DNA from: Azolla caroliniana
Taxonomy: Eukaryota; Plantae; Polypodiophyta
Length of the DNA: 64,000 bases
Direction: 5' to 3'
Assembly (NCBI GenBank): GCA_043228905.1
Contig: JBHGNT010000009.1
Coordinates: 8,990,001 to 9,054,000 of the forward strand
Part shown: positions 40,201 through 51,341 of the stretch, piece after piece
Layout: the number at the start of each line of letters is the position of its first letter
Numbering within the stretch: the stretch's first letter is position 1
Notes under the pieces: model-generated
What the model was told of the DNA's origin: nothing
The model's database searches: none
The model's input: the letters and a program-made list of their open reading frames with translations, nothing else
Program-made: the position numbers and the translations under genes

Positions 40201-42419
40201 TGAACAAGTTGTAATTTTCTTGTAGTGTGTGTATGACTATCTTTTGGAAAGGAAGCACGATGCATTTTTCCAAGAATGCAACCTTCACATGCATGTTTTT
40301 CAATGGACTCAAGTGTAGGCAACCCAATAACCATATCCTTCTTTTGCAAGTGAAGCAAACTATTGAAGTTCAAGTGACCAAAACGAGCATGCCAAAGCTC
40401 CATTTCAGCCATGGAAGAAGTATGTACAGCCAAGGCATTTAGAGAAGCCCTCTTGTATGTATCTAAGCGGTACAAGCCATTGCATAATGTACCGGACATC
40501 ACGATAACATCACCATTGCTATAATCGTGAACCATGCACTTATCATCAACAAAATGTACATGAAGTCCGGCTTTGGCAATCAAAGGAACCGAAATTAAGT
40601 TCTTCTTAATACCGGGCACATACAATACATTCTTTAAGATGACAACACCTCCATTTGCAGCCGAAAGCTCAATTTCTCCTACTCCAATGATAGGATAAGA
40701 GGCATTGTTTGCACACACCACATGTCCACCTTTGGGTGCATCTTTCAAGGATGCAAAAAAACTTTTGCATGAAGTAATGTGCTTTGAAGCACCACTATCA
40801 AAGAACCAATCCGAATCAATCTCACTTACAACCATACATTTAGAGTGCAATGATGCATCATAATGATATGTAACAACACATGCCCAATAATCTTGAGCCA
40901 TGTTGGCCTCATCACTCTTTGCACTTGAAACATTTTCAGAAATGGTCATGCCGGATTCCTTCTTCTTCTCATTGCGCTTAACAAGCTTTCTACATTCTTC
41001 AATCGTATGGCCAACCTTTCGACAATATTTGCATCTTTTCTTCTTTTGCAAATCACCATCATTAGAGGAATAAGTGAAAGAGGGAGGTTGAGGCTTTGGT
41101 TTTGAAGAACCAAAAGCTGAACCATGCTTGCCTTTTCCTTTTTGTGAGATAGCAAGTGCTTGTGTTCCCTCTATCAAACCACTTCTATTCACTCTAGATT
41201 GTTCTTCTTGCAAAAGAAGAGACACAACCTCATCAAATGCGTACATATCCGTATTCCCTTTTGCAACCAAACGAATAGTAGTAGCAAAGCTTTGAAAAGA
41301 TTCGGGTAATCCTTTCAACAACGTAGAGACAAGTGATGTATTCGAAATGATCTCATCAATGTTTGCCAATTGCTCTTTCAAATCTTTAATGCGTGTCACA
41401 TACACATCTACCGACTCATTTTCAGCCATATATACATCCTCAAGTTGCTTTCTCAAATATGCAACACGTGCTTCGTTACGCACGGCATACAACGAAGCAA
41501 GAGTGTCCCATGCTTGTTTGGACGTAGAGCATGACCGAATATGTGGAACTATATGACGCTTCACAGAAAGTGCAATCAATGCATGAGCTTGAGCATCTTT
41601 TCCATCCCATCTAAGTTGCTCTTGTGTTGGTGGAGTAGATGAAGTCACTGTGCTCGAAGATGAACCTGTATCTGTGATAGTAGACTGTGAAGTAGTAGGA
41701 CCGGCGGGGCGTCGATCTACATCTACCACTATGTTCCATAGTTGTTTGGCAACAAGAACGTGTTTCATCATGTAGGACCACATTGGATAGTTTGTCCCAT
41801 CAAGCTTATCTTCAGCTTGAAGCATGCCAAACAAATCACCATTGTTTGCCATTTTACCAAAGAACAAGAAAGTGGTAAAATATTACCTCAACAAATCGGA
41901 AATGAGTGCTGAAAATGCAGCTCACAAACTATCACTCGGATGACGATTTCGACTACACGAACGGCTTCGAAATGGGGGTAAAACAGCAGGGTACCTGCTG
42001 AAAATGCGCTCCAAGTGCTGAAATACACTTCTCTATATTCGGAAGTTGATTTGCACAATGAAAAGTGCGCGCGCGCCGCGACACCGCGATGCGGACAACG
42101 GAAGATGGAGAGGATGAAGAACTTGGCTCTGATACCACTGTTGGGTATGTGAGGAAGAGTGGGAAACACACAAGAAGCTCAAAGAAAGAAGCACTCACAC
42201 AAGGAAGGCAATGGCTGGAATAGCTCTCTATTGATGAATGTTCCTAAAAAAATAGAAGCTGAAATATATATCCCTAAGTACTAAGTACCACCACATATGA
42301 GTGACTCATGTATGTGGTAACATGGGAAAAAACCTCTAGCCAGCACTAGAGTAAAAAGTGCCCATGTATAGGGAAAATGGTTCACATCAAAGCTACTAGA
42401 GGAACACGCAAGTGTAACA
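37254..42419 (-). mobile_element. Intact young Ty1/Copia element (5166 bp); LTRs 37254-37534 and 42139-42419
   Basis: Two 281-bp LTRs that read identical by eye, perfect 5-bp TSD AGCAA, iMet PBS TGGTATCAGAGCCA ending at 42137, PPT AGGGGGG next to 37535. Confidence 0.98.
37581..41852 (-). CDS. gag-pol: Copia Gag-Pol polyprotein, uninterrupted (~1423 aa from the first ATG)
   Basis: CKYCRKVGHTIEEC knuckle, protease FDSGAS, integrase HHCC and D,D(35)E (HSDV, TDRGGEY, VVERKNR), RT YVDD, RNase H TDSDWAG...KHIEVHYH...ADIFTK. Confidence 0.98.
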   Translation of the reverse strand: MANNGDLFGMLQAEDKLDGTNYPMWSYMMKHVLVAKQLWNIVVDVDRRPAGPTTSQSTITDTGSSSSTVTSSTPPTQEQLRWDGKDAQAHALIALSVKRHIVPHIRSCSTSKQAWDTLASLYAVRNEARVAYLRKQLEDVYMAENESVDVYVTRIKDLKEQLANIDEIISNTSLVSTLLKGLPESFQSFATTIRLVAKGNTDMYAFDEVVSLLLQEEQSRVNRSGLIEGTQALAISQKGKGKHGSAFGSSKPKPQPPSFTYSSNDGDLQKKKRCKYCRKVGHTIEECRKLVKRNEKKKESGMTISENVSSAKSDEANMAQDYWACVVTYHYDASLHSKCMVVSEIDSDWFFDSGASKHITSCKSFFASLKDAPKGGHVVCANNASYPIIGVGEIELSAANGGVVILKNVLYVPGIKKNLISVPLIAKAGLHVHFVDDKCMVHDYSNGDVIVMSGTLCNGLYRLDTYKRASLNALAVHTSSMAEMELWHARFGHLNFNSLLHLQKKDMVIGLPTLESIEKHACEGCILGKMHRASFPKDSHTHTTRKLQLVHSDVCGPVKTPSFGKHVYFVTFIDDATRHTWVYPMKAKNEVFSCFKSFLAMAENFSANKLLTLRTDRGGEYMSHEFNAFLCERGILHQCTVPYTPQQNGVVERKNRTLLEMARCMVKGKHLPNKFWMEAVMCANYVLNRCPTKALRVITPYEAWNGHKPMFSHMRVFGCLAYALVPSQQRHKLDDKAKKCIFVGYSAESKGYRLYHPLTDTIIVSRDVVFAENSAFPFLECKKQPTVSSQDVFDTLMPLFQSAALDHGHVDQPSESQRDKNFQQISVENARNVQPNVAENEHEIQPTHDVHIEDVLHNERMAIERSQTMPRWLKQTLQDSKLSAPLLGKTRSSSRHASGNFVDYSIVAIACNEEPLTFEDACDDPHWMSAMQSEMDSIHKNGTWELCELPKGKNVIGTRWVYKIKRKPDGSIDRYKARLVAKGYAQQYGIDYEETFAPTSRMTTIRTVVALAAQRGWKMHQLDIKTAFLNGDLQEEVYVKQPPGFATKEKEHMVCRLHKALYGLKQAPRAWYEKIHKHLISLGFTCSPIESTLYVRKDGADLLVLVLYVDDILLTGSCDAKLDFLMADLQHTFEVTYLGLLSYYLGIQFVSVEGGMFMHQGKYVEKLLQRFDFEDCKPVYTPVETGFRFSVEDSSDAFDTSLYQQAVGCLIYACNTRPDIQYAISQLSRFMHSPGTKHWQAVKRVFRYLRGTLSLGLFYGRDTQPCLHAFTDSDWAGCYDTRVSTSGNCFFFGNSCISWLSKKQPTVATSSCEAEYRAVFTATVECIWLRRLLMDLCMEIEVATRILTDSQSALAVARNPVFHARTKHIEVHYHYVRERFHAGDIDLVYVPTQDNVADIFTKALPREKFEAFRKALGLLPCGG

Positions 42420-45400
42420 AGCAAGTGGAATTTCTAGGCTACGTCATCTCCTCAAAGGGCATCTCCATGGATCCAGCTAAAGTCCAAACTGTGCTAGAGT
42501 GGCAAATTCCACGGTCGGTACGAGATGTACAATGTTTTCTAGGTTTTGCTAACTTTTACCGCAAGTTTATATAGGATTACTCGAAGATTATTTTACCTCT
42601 CACACAACTTACGAAGAAGGGACAAGTATTTCTTTGGTCCAATGAAGCGGACATGGCTTTTCGGCATCTTAAGAAAGCCTTTACATCAGCTCCTATTCTA
42701 GCTCATGTGGATACAAACAAATCATTCATCATGGAGGCCGACGCATCGGATTTCGCCCTCGGTAGCATCCTTTCTCAACAAGGAGATAAAGAAGAGTTAC
42801 ATACTGTGGCTTTTCATTCGCGCAAATTCGATGCCGCGAAAATCAACTACGAAATACATGACAAGGAGTTATTAGCCATCGTGGATTCCTTTGTGCAATG
42901 GCGGCATTTCTTAGAGGGCTCTCCACATCAGGTCATCGTCTTTAGTGATCACAAAAATCTTGCTTATTTCCAGAACGCTCGGGTGCTAAATCGACGGCAA
43001 GCTCGGTGGGCTCAATTCCTCACGCGTTTCGACGTCAAAATCACATATCGACCGGGGAAGCAGCAAGGAAAAGCAGATGCGCTATCACGACATTCATATC
43101 TTGCACCTCGTCTTGGTGATCCAACGTTTGATAATCAAAAGCAAGTAATCTTGGGACCAATACGATTGCACACAACGCGAATTTTTCACACCCCAATGGA
43201 TTCCCGGATTACCGATGCCATACGTGCGAACTTGAAGACAGACAATTTTGCTCAAGACATTCTGGCGCACATTGATACCTCTCGGGCATCCTGTTCCCAA
43301 TCTCAACAACCAGGTATGGACTACCAACATTTCAAATATCATGATGGTTTGTTATTCTTTGAAAAGCTTGTATATGTCCTCGATTGCTCCTGTCGCCTTC
43401 AAATTGTCCAAAATTGTCACGACACCCATACGGCGGGACATTTCAGTAGTACTAAGACGTTGGATCTCGTTCAACGATCTTTTTGGTGGCCCCATATGCG
43501 ACGTTTTGTCGACGACTACGTTCGGACTTGTGATGCTTGCTGTTGAGCAAAGATGCCCCGAAACCATCCATATGGCTTGTTGGAACCCTTATCGATTCCA
43601 AGTAAGCCGTGGTAGTCTATTTGCCTTGATTTTATCACAGATCTGCTGGTCTCGAAGGGGTTCGATGCTATCTTAACCGTCATCGATCGATATACCAAGA
43701 TGGCACATTTTGTGCCGTGTACTAAGGCCATCACTACCAAGGAAACCGCCGCCCTTGTCATGTGTGAGGTATTTCGGCATCATGGCCTCCCAGACAAAAT
43801 CATCAGTGACCGAGGACCTCAATTCGTCTCCAAATTTTGGCAGCATCTCTTCAAGATGCTCAAGGTCTCTTGCAACCTCTCCTCCGGCTACCATCCCCAG
43901 ACCGATGGGCAGGCAGAACGAACAAACCAAACGTTGGAACAATATCTCCGGTGTTTTCTGAGCTATCAACAAGACGATTGGGTCGAGATTCTCCACTTTG
44001 CGGAGTTTGCATATAATAATGTTGTTCACTCCTTGACTTGGGTTTCCCCATTTTACGCTTATACCGGTTCTCATCGTCGCTGGTCGGTGATCGACACCCC
44101 AGAGCTACCTACCAATCCTCGTGCCGAGGATCATTTGGAGAGGCTACACAAGATCCAGACAGATCTCTCTACTCATCTTCGTCATGCTCAACACACACAG
44201 AAGACTTATGTGGATCGTCATCGGCTTCCCTCCTCTTTTTCCATTGGAGATAGAGTATGGCTCTTACGTCGTCACATCAAGACTACTCGACCGTGCGACA
44301 AGTTGGATTATCGACGACTCGGTCCTTTCCGTATTACTAGTAAGGTTAATGATTTCACGTTCCGCCTTGATCTCCCTCCACATCTTCAAATACATCCGGT
44401 TTTCCATAGCTCTCTTCTTGAACCTTATAAAGCAAGCATCTTTAGATACATCCGGTTTTCCATAGCTCTCTTCTTGAACCTTATAAAGCAAACACTATTC
44501 CCGATCGTGTTACACTACCGCCGCCCCCGCTTGAGTTGGAAACCGGCCCGGAGTATGAAGTTGTTGCCGTCGTCGATTCCAAACTTGTTCGCAACAAACT
44601 TTATTATTTGGTCGATTGGCTCGGCTATAGTCCGAGCGAACGTACTTGGGAACCCGTTGAGCATGTCACCAATGCTCAGGATATTCTTGCTGAGTTCCAC
44701 CAAAAGTATCCAGACAAACCCAGTCCGCAATCAGCGCCGACTCGTTCCACTCGTCGTCCTAAGGGGGAGATAGTGTCATGATATGGCAAGACTCGAACCC
44801 ATGACCTTATGTTATATAGGTCGAGCTCTTGACCATTATACCATCTATTGTAATACGTAATATATTATTTTCATTTAAGTTTTATTATAGGAAATTAATG
44901 TATATTCCAGATTTCTCTGGAACATTCTACAAGCTTCAGGATTACTCCTGAGAACACTATAAAAGAAGGCACTAGGCATTATGTTAAACCAAATTGGCTC
45001 AACGCCAGTCTTAAGCCTCATAGCCATCTTGTACTTACTCTTCCTATAATATATCATCTGTTATCATCATCTCTCTCGCTCTCGTCCTCACTATATATCT
45101 CTCTCTCTCCTCTTCTTTTTTCTCTCTCTTAGGAGTCTTACGCAGTCCCGTCCTCTTAGTACTAATAGTACTTCCCTTCTTTAGTACTAATTCTCTCTCT
45201 GTTTTAATACTATTCCTGACACCTTACCCCTCTTTCTCCACAACAAATATTTAAAGCATTGCAAAACATAATGCAAATCCTTCTTTGTCCATGGTAGTAA
45301 TGAAAAATAATACAATATAATGGATTCCATATTACATTACACAACTACATATGAGGCATACATTAAATGGCCAAAATTACGACGTCTAATACATGAACTT

Positions 45401-46367
45401 ATCCCTCAACTTGCGAGTCATCCATTCAATCAATTGGGCATTTGTAACAGTCACTCCAAATGGATACCTCAATTGAAAAATAAAGCCCTTTTTAACCATA
45501 GATCATTGCAATCCTAAACATTCCAAAATCCTCTCAATGCATGAGATGATGCAAGTTTTTCTCCATTTAATATGAAATCTGAATGCCAAGCCAAGTTGGT
45601 TCTATGTGAGCATCACTTTTTGAAGAATCTCATGCCAAGCTTGTTAAAACATGAACGAATCATCTGTCAAAGGTTGTGCTACCATCCCCTAGATGGAAGA
45701 TATAATCTCATAATATCCCCATTAGTTTCAAGCCTTGATAACATGACCAAGAAGGGATGAGTAGTCATAGCAAGCAACAATGGGTTAATTGGGTGTGCTT
45801 GACAAACAAATATCATGAGTGCAATATTTGATGTAACTCCACCATTAAGCATTACTTGAAACACTACATCTTGCCCTGATAAATACAAAAGGTGAGAAAT
45901 GTGTGGTTGAAAGCCCATTATATGCATTAGCCCAAAATCTAACTTTCTCCAAATCTAACTACACCACAATCAATTCTTGATGATTATGTCATGCATAATC
46001 CCATTATGCAATGTATTCCTACTTGCAATGAAATTGTATTGGATTGAGTGTATCAACTTGAGTTGAAGTGTGAGTGAGCCATACTTTTGGCTACTGAACT
46101 TTCACCATGGTGCAATACTCATTTGACAAATACTTTTGTAATTTATTTTCCAAGACCTTCATCAATATCATATACAACCTCCCCACAAAACAAATAGGCT
46201 ATCATTGGTGAAATGACTCTAATGATGCCATCTTTAGAACTACTTTATGAAACCAACATTCCTAGCTTGAGGAATACAAATATAATCCCAACATTGAAAC
46301 ATCAAAGTTTGGGTCCCCTTTGAAATGTCAAAATAAGGAAACCCTGTGTTGTCAACCATAGACCTAC

Positions 46368-47824
46368 TCAACGCACATTGTGGGTGGAAAATGAGGGCGT
46401 ATTCTCCCTTGTACAAACTGCCGTGCGGAATGCTCCATACTTCAACACTAGGCCCTTGAGATAGACATGCACTATCTCATCTTCCTCGACAGTCATGTTG
46501 ATAGAGGCAAGTGAGTCGCAGATGTCTTTGATCCAAGCCGTGTAGTTGGCCACCAACATGTCCTTCTGTTGGACATTGCTTAACTCTTGTCGGAGTTGCA
46601 GCTTCTGGGTCGTGGTGCTTGTGGTGAAGACCTTTTTCCGGTTTCCCCAAGTTTCCTTTGGCGTTTTGGTGTCCCGGATATGGTTGAGCAGCTGATCACC
46701 GACACTAGACGCGAAGCAATACATTGTACCCTGCTTGCCACTTGTTCCCAAGTCGGGAAGTCCCTATGTGTCGCATTAGGTGCCATATCGTTAGCTCCAT
46801 TGACATAACTCTAGTAACCATGCCCAAGCAGGTACTAGCGCATCTTGTATGACCAAGGTGCGTAGTTGGATCTGTCGAGCTTCTCCGTTGGGAGCGAGCT
46901 AAGCATTCCTTTGTCCATTCTGACCTTGCTTTTTGTTCTCTACCGGATGTTAGGGTTTGTCTTTGGAAATCACTCGTCGGCTGTAGAGGTTCTCAACCCT
47001 CGCGCTCTGATACCATGAAAAGGTGAATATACGGAAGCTTTGACAAACTGGTGTCGTGAAGATTCGTCACTAAGTGCATTCCTCAACTCATTCAAATCAT
47101 CCTTTCTATTCTCCACACATAGACACAAAGATAATAGCTTTTGCTCTGCCTTATATATGGTGAGATCCTTATTTGTCCTGTCTATGTGGGATATCTCACA
47201 ATTTTTTGTTTTTCTCTTCTTCTTCTCAAACTTCACTTTCACATAACTTGACACTAATTTGTCCATTTCACATGTAGTAAAATGCATTTGGAAGCTCTTG
47301 AAGACCTCCATCTTCCCGTACCAAGATATTAAGCTAATCTAAAATAATATATTCTCTGTTATTGTTTCATGTCTTGTGTGAAGAACCACACTTGATTTTG
47401 TAAATTCCATGCAATTTTCACACCATTGCCGAAAATCTTCACGACACCGGTTTACCGGATAGCAATAGAATACAGATAGGTTTAATGGAACCTTGAATCA
47501 TAGAGTATGCGGGAGAGACAAAGTTAGAGTAGAACACAGAAAACGTGTATATTCCAAAACACTAAAAACTCTCAGTACATACAATGTGCTCAGTTAGCAC
47601 TTTTATACAAGTCCATGAAAGGACTGACAAAAGTACTGACATGTACTTTAATGCTCATACGAGCGATTGACATTGATTCCCAAAAATTTGTTTACGTACT
47701 ACGCTAGATTCGTAGGCCTCTAACGGCCTACCAATTCATCCTGATCCATATTACAATCCGGCTCTCCGATCCGACTCTGGCTTATTCAGCCGATTCGGAT
47801 CTGATTGAGCTTGTCCGCTCAACA
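46368..47824 (-). mobile_element. Truncated Copia element A (gag fragment, PBS 47004-47015, 5' LTR 47016-47824)
   Basis: iMet PBS abuts the LTR; gag has KLQLRQELSNVQQ; LTR is homologous to the one starting at 51017. Confidence 0.85.
47052..47446. mobile_element. Probable solo LTR inserted in the Copia A LTR
   Basis: TGTCGTGAAGATT...AATCTTCACGACA 13-bp inverted termini; 4-bp TSD CTGG / CCGG; absent from the homologous LTR near 51050. Confidence 0.8.
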
Positions 47825-47829
47825 ATCTC

Positions 47830-48090
47830 GTAATCTCAAAGCGTTTATCTTGGGCTAGACTAGCGACAAACACAGGGTGTCCTTCCGAATCACTTCACCA
47901 AAGGGGTGGTTACGGGTAGGATGTTAACCGACACAGATATGATTCTAATCCGACTGTTTCCGGATCGGTTCTGGATTCGCCATATAACAACGATTGATTA
48001 ACACACATAAGATATACAAATTAAGTGCAGACGGTAAGTAGACAATATACACAATACTCAAATCCAAAAACAAGCTTATATTACTTCCGT
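47830..48090 (-). mobile_element. LTR fragment related to the LTR at 54306
   Basis: Shares AACACA.GGTGTC...CACTTCACCAAAGGGGTG.TTACGG with 54341-54386. Confidence 0.6.
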
Positions 48091-48094
48091 GTCT

Positions 48095-51000
48095 AGCATC
48101 TGGTACATGCACATATGCTATTCTACTGAATATCCGAAGGTGCCTTAACTTCGGCTTTTGCCCGAAATACAGCTTGTGTGTTGACACCTTCTCGGCAATC
48201 CAATTTTGGATGTAGACGACCGTCCTGACCGCCTCAGACCACTAGAATTTGGGCATGCTTTTCTCCTCAAGCATTGCCGTTGTCGCGTCGACAATTGACT
48301 GGTTCTTTCTCTCGGCCACACTGTTTTGTTCTGGTGTGTATCTACAACTAAATTCTCACTGAATTTCTTTCTGCTGCAGATAACTGTTGAATTGGCCAGA
48401 AAGGTATTCTTTTTCGGCATCCGACCGCAGGCACTTGATCTTCCTCTCCGTTTCCCATTCGAGAAGTCTTTGTAGGCTCCGGAAATAGTCGAAGACTTCG
48501 CTTTTCTTGTCGATGAGGTAGATCCACGTGTGTCGGCTGTAGTTGTGGATGAAAGAGACAAAATATCAGCTCCCGCCAAGACTAACCTTTTGTGCCGGTT
48601 CTCATACATCCGAATGTATTAGATTGAGCTTGTTACGACTCAAGTTTCTTTCGATGGGGAATGGAAGTCTTGTTTCCTGAGTTGGCAAGCTTCACAAATT
48701 TGGGCCTTCCGGCCGCTAAATTTCGGCAAACCAAAAACAACTTGTTTCGATTGCAGGTCTTGATGCCTCCAGTAGTTGATGTGACCAATCCGCTTGTGCC
48801 AGAGATCGATGTTCGATTCAATCTTCTGTCCTTTGGCGAACAACACTGTCGCGATATTTCGTGAGTATGTGTAGGATCTGAGGCGGGACCACGGGGGTCT
48901 CAAACTAGGGAGTAGAGGAAAAGGAATAAGACACAAAATGGAAGCTTAGCTCAAGAGGAGAAGAGGAAGAATAGCACATTAACATAGAATAGATGGAGAC
49001 AAGATGCCCCAACAAGACAAGATACACAAGCAAGTTATATTATGAATCCGAAAACGAATACAACCATGGCGGCATAGGCCAAAACCCAACGACGACAAGA
49101 AACCCTAACCTCCTAAGTAAAGAAGAAGATGAAGAAACCCTAAACCGAATAGAGACCCTCGACCTAAGTGGTATACCTCTCTCACTCAAAATAGGCAACC
49201 CCTTCACAAGAGACCCCTCACTCCCTTTTATTGTAGTAAGGGGTGAGCACATTACAAGAGGGAGTCAAATCCCCTTTCATTTAATGGGGAATATCTCCCT
49301 TGATCTTAAATCGATGGGCCTTAACTCTCTCTCTCCTATCACATTCACTCTCAATGCCCACTACTCATTCTACTCTACAAAGTGCACATCACATTTATGC
49401 CTCTACGAACTTCGTGGTGCACCTTTAGCACCTTAGATTATTACCCTTCCCATTACATTTTGTTTACTTATTCTTATTACACAAATTTACAAGTGCATGT
49501 GCAATGTTGCACATCCCCATTTTATTTGTCCCTCCCGGTTTTCTCACCGTAGCCAGAAATCTTCACGACAACGTAGTGCCTACATCGTTGGTGTCGAGGA
49601 TGAACATCCTCCCGTCCCTACGCCCTTGCGCGATTATTCGGTCTTCTTCCTGTATGAAGCATCCAAGGTGCGTGAACCGCACCTGCATCCCCTGGTCAAC
49701 AATATGCTCGACCAACACCGGGTTCTTTGTGATTGTCGGAACATGTAATACGTTCATTTGCTTTCCCTTTTGTCTGACATGGCTTAAAGGGACTTCTCTA
49801 ATATGCACAATCGAATGAGTGTCGTCTCCGGTTTCGACAACTCCCGGTTGCTCCAACTTTTCCAAAAACGAGAACCACTCTTCATGGTTTGTCATGTGGT
49901 TTGATGCTCCTGAGTCAATGTACGACACGTACTCCAATCCGGAAGTGGTCTTCTTCATTGAGTTTGCCTTGTGCTTCATCACAAAGGTTGGCCCTTTTTC
50001 GGTTTTATCGGTTCCGGACCCTTCCGATCCTTCTGCATAATGTGAGCTTTGCCGGCTCCCTAGTCCAGTCTTGTCGGATCCGGATTTATCCGAATCGGCA
50101 CACTTCTTCTAGCACTCACTTTCTCGGTGGCCTTTCTTGCCACAATACTAGCATTCTATTTCGGTCTTTGATTGCCGGTTTCCAGCGCCGTTTTGACTCC
50201 CCCTGCTTGTGGAGTGTCCAGAACTGTTGTTAGCACTTTCTCAGTGCCTCTGATTCTGCTCTTGCCAGTCGCCTCCATTGCGTGTCGACCCACCTCATCC
50301 TCCACACCCACGGGGCTGATCCACTTCCGTGTACAACATCCGGTTGTCTGATTGAGTGGTCCTTGACCCACTCACGTGGTTTTCTTCGACCATGAGCATC
50401 AATTGTAGGTCGAAGAAGGATGGTGGTTTCTTCTAGGTGAGGATAGTGGTCTAGATGGGCTTGTACTTTTGAACTAGACCACCGAGGCAAATTTGCACCA
50501 TTTCGTCCTAATCTATCGTGACGTCAATGGACCCTAATGCATTGCAAATCGCCTTTATCTTGGTGGTGTAGTTTGAAACTGACATATCCTTTTGTTGAAT
50601 ATTGTTCAGTTCTTGCCGAAGCAGTAGCTTCCAAGCTGAGGTAGTTGCGGCGAAAATCTTTTTCATATTTTCCCAAGCCTGTTTCGACGTCTTAGCATCT
50701 CTAATGTAGTCGATCATCTGGTCATGCATGGCAGTATAGAACTTTGCTTGCTCCGTGTTCCCATGCTGGGAACTCCTTTTGTGATGACTCTGGCGCTATT
50801 TCATTCGCACCCTCAACATAACTCCATTATCCATGTCCGAGCAGATACTAGTGCATCTAATATGACCAAGATGCATAGTTGTGTCTGTTAAGCTTCTCTA
50901 TCGGAAGCGAACTTGGCATACCTTTGTCCATCTTTCGTCTTTAGCGGGTGATAGGGTTTGTCTTCCGTAATCACTTGTCGATTGCAAAGGTTCTGAACCC

Positions 51001-51341
51001 TTGTGCTCTGATACCATGTCAAAGTTAATATGCGGAATCTTTGACAAATCAGTTTATCCAGATAGCAATAGGAAACAGAGAATAAAGTTTTAATGGAAGC
51101 TTAGGAACAGAGAATACACGGGAGAGACAGACAGAGCAAAATAGTATAAACTATATTAAAAAAATAATACTCTGTACATAGGATATGCTCAGTGAGCACT
51201 TTTTATGCAACTCCACAAGGGACTGACAAAAGTACTATGTACTTCAATGCTCATACGAGCGGCTGACACTGACTCCCAAAAATATGCCTATGTACTAGGC
51301 TAGATTCGTAGGCCTCTAACAGCCTACCAGTTACAATCCGG
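48095..51341 (-). mobile_element. Decayed Copia element B (gag, protease, integrase; PBS 51005-51016; 5' LTR from 51017, interrupted at 51341)
   Basis: IEKLNRHNYASWSY gag start, YIDSGASNHMT protease, LWHKRIGH...CEAC integrase zinc finger, HLRIF..AYVHVPD. Confidence 0.88.
48847..49570. mobile_element. Probable solo LTR inserted in Copia B pol
   Basis: TGTCGCGATATTTC...GAAATCTTCACGACA termini; flanks ACAC / ACGT fit a decayed 4-bp TSD; removal restores DVGT.LFAKG. Confidence 0.78.

Larger units (their letters stand above)
35969..44763 (+). pseudogene. pol: Chromovirus pol (PR-RT-RH-IN-chromodomain), disrupted and split by a Copia insertion
   Basis: Removing 37254-42424 restores the RT motif [14 protein letters not shown]; several stops and frameshifts remain. 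Confidence 0.9.
34317..45221 (+). mobile_element. Full-length decayed Ty3/Gypsy chromovirus (Tcn1/sushi-like); LTRs 34317-34753 and 44774-45221
   Basis: TG...CA LTR pair, TSD CCTCA / CCTTA, PPT AAGGGGGAGATAG at 44761-44773. Domains in order: gag (CLYCGGPRHIAINC), protease LLDSGA, RT YLDD, RNase H EADASD, integrase HPQTDGQAE with GPF, chromodomain EYEV...YLVDWLGY...TWEP. Confidence 0.96.
33400..46350 (-). mobile_element. Old LINE ORF2 remnant split by the chromovirus insertion (pieces ~33400-34316 and 45222-46350)
   Basis: Degenerate RT motifs LDLEK (~45950) and CQAHPINPLLLA (from RQGCPLSPLLF) in ORF 45679-45927; similar decayed sequence on both sides of the TSD. Confidence 0.6.
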
